From a virus (taxonomy: Duplodnaviria; Heunggongvirae; Uroviricota; Caudoviricetes), in the IMG/VR virus record IMGVR_UViG_2667527717_000010, positions 1-5,646 of that record: DNA of 5,646 bases; one strand, 5' to 3'. The notes under the pieces are model-generated. The model made no database searches. It saw only the letters and a list, made by a program, of their open reading frames with translations, and had not been told where the DNA came from. Shown here piece after piece: positions 5,104-5,646 of this stretch. Position 1 is the first letter of the stretch. Every line of letters begins with the position of its first letter. The position numbers were made by a program, and so were the translations under genes.

Positions 5104-5646
5104 GAAAGATGATATAAACATCGTACAATTCAAAATCAGATTACTGAATGATAATGCCGACACTAAACCGAATATTTTATATAACGTGTTACATTGAGAA
5201 TCCAATGCATTCTCTTTTTTATTAAGCTCCGTCAACTCTAACTTTTTCAACTCATCACGCATTGTCCTAAAAAGAACACTATACTCTGACTGACATTCTT
5301 GCACCAATACTTTTTGATAATTTGTAAGATAATATATGGTGAACGTCGTATATAAAGAAAGAACTATAGCTGCCATATTTAAAACCCACGAGTTTACATT
5401 ATCAAATTTCCCCATGGCAGCAAAACTGATTATTCCAGATATAGGAATGGCAAGTGACCTTGTAAGGGTGTCATACATTATGGAATTGAGTTTAGATAAA
5501 TAATCCCTGAATTTCTCTTGGTACTCCTTTCTTATTTTTTCAAAACTAAACCCGACCGTAAACGAAAGGTAATTTTCTTGGAAAATCCGTGAGAACAATG
5601 TAAAGTCGGTTAAAATTTTTGAAAGTCGATCTTCTTTCTTTACTCT
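5095..5646 (-). CDS. AT-rich gene for a predicted membrane protein (two central transmembrane helices, a coiled-coil-like segment and a hydrophobic C-terminus), convergent with int; the 5' end probably lies beyond the window
   Basis: Minus-strand frame open from the window edge (5646) to the stop at 5095-5097. The ORF track starts at TTG 5596-5598, which has no Shine-Dalgarno; the first ATG is codon 41 (5476-5478). Hydrophobic segments LAIPISGIISFAAM, WVLNMAAIVLSLYTTFTIYYL and IFGLVSALSFSNLILNCTMFISSF. The stop lies 9 bp inside the int coding end. G+C is visibly much lower than in the prophage genes. Confidence 0.5.
   Translation of the reverse strand, partial: RVKKEDRLSKILTDFTLFSRIFQENYLSFTVGFSFEKIRKEYQEKFRDYLSKLNSIMYDTLTRSLAIPISGIISFAAMGKFDNVNSWVLNMAAIVLSLYTTFTIYYLTNYQKVLVQECQSEYSVLFRTMRDELKKLELTELNKKENALDSQCNTLYKIFGLVSALSFSNLILNCTMFISSFLK

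Larger units (their letters stand above)
1..5120 (+). mobile_element. Integrase-proximal arm of a lambdoid prophage (recombination module, accessory ORFs, xis, int); the right boundary (att) is not resolved and probably lies near 5040-5220
   Basis: Co-directional, overlapping gene chain ending in xis-int; gene content and order match the early-left operon of lambdoid/Rac-like prophages; composition shifts abruptly to AT-rich at about 5040. Left end continues beyond the window. Confidence 0.7.

Noticed and set aside
5196-5220. Hairpin GAGAAT-N7-ATTCTC followed by TTTTTT as a Rho-independent terminator for int
   Set aside because: The stem is only 6 bp with two G-C pairs and lies inside the convergent coding region. 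It is too weak to call a terminator, so it is kept only as a possible att-region element in the findings.
5476-5598. Alternative starts for the AT-rich minus-strand gene at TTG 5596-5598 or ATG 5476-5478
   Set aside because: Neither has a recognisable Shine-Dalgarno sequence and the frame stays open to the window edge, so the gene is reported as 5'-partial. A chance open stretch of 16 AT-rich codons cannot be excluded, so the start remains uncertain.
1-5646. CRISPR arrays, tRNA or rRNA genes, and insertion-sequence terminal inverted repeats
   Set aside because: No regularly spaced direct repeats, no cloverleaf-compatible GC-rich segments, no transposase-like ORF and no terminal inverted repeats were seen. 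The only repeats are the short ones reported above.

Overview
This window reads as the integrase-proximal arm of a lambdoid (Rac-like, by recollection) enterobacterial prophage, followed by an abrupt switch to AT-rich DNA. Everything from 1 to 5103 is on the + strand as one tightly packed, translationally coupled operon: a lambda-Exo-like exonuclease remnant (218-502, no intact N-terminal frame), a RecT/Bet-family single-strand annealing protein (499-1554), six small accessory ORFs (1570-3514) including an Ead/Ea22-like protein, a 60-aa membrane peptide, a 74-aa peptide carrying a cytosine-C5 methyltransferase motif-X signature and a Cys-rich zinc-ribbon protein, then excisionase (3635-3853) and a lambda-family tyrosine integrase (3856-5103). 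From about 5040 the sequence becomes AT-rich, and a convergent minus-strand gene for a predicted membrane protein (5095 to beyond 5646) overlaps the int stop codon by 9 bp. I found no rRNA, tRNA or CRISPR array. The best candidates for something undescribed are that AT-rich membrane-protein gene at the integrase junction (possible defence or exclusion cargo, only partly visible) and the accessory cluster between the recombinase and xis, which sits where lambdoid phages typically carry anti-restriction and host-takeover genes. All homology statements are from reading the translations and recalling family motifs; no database search was run.
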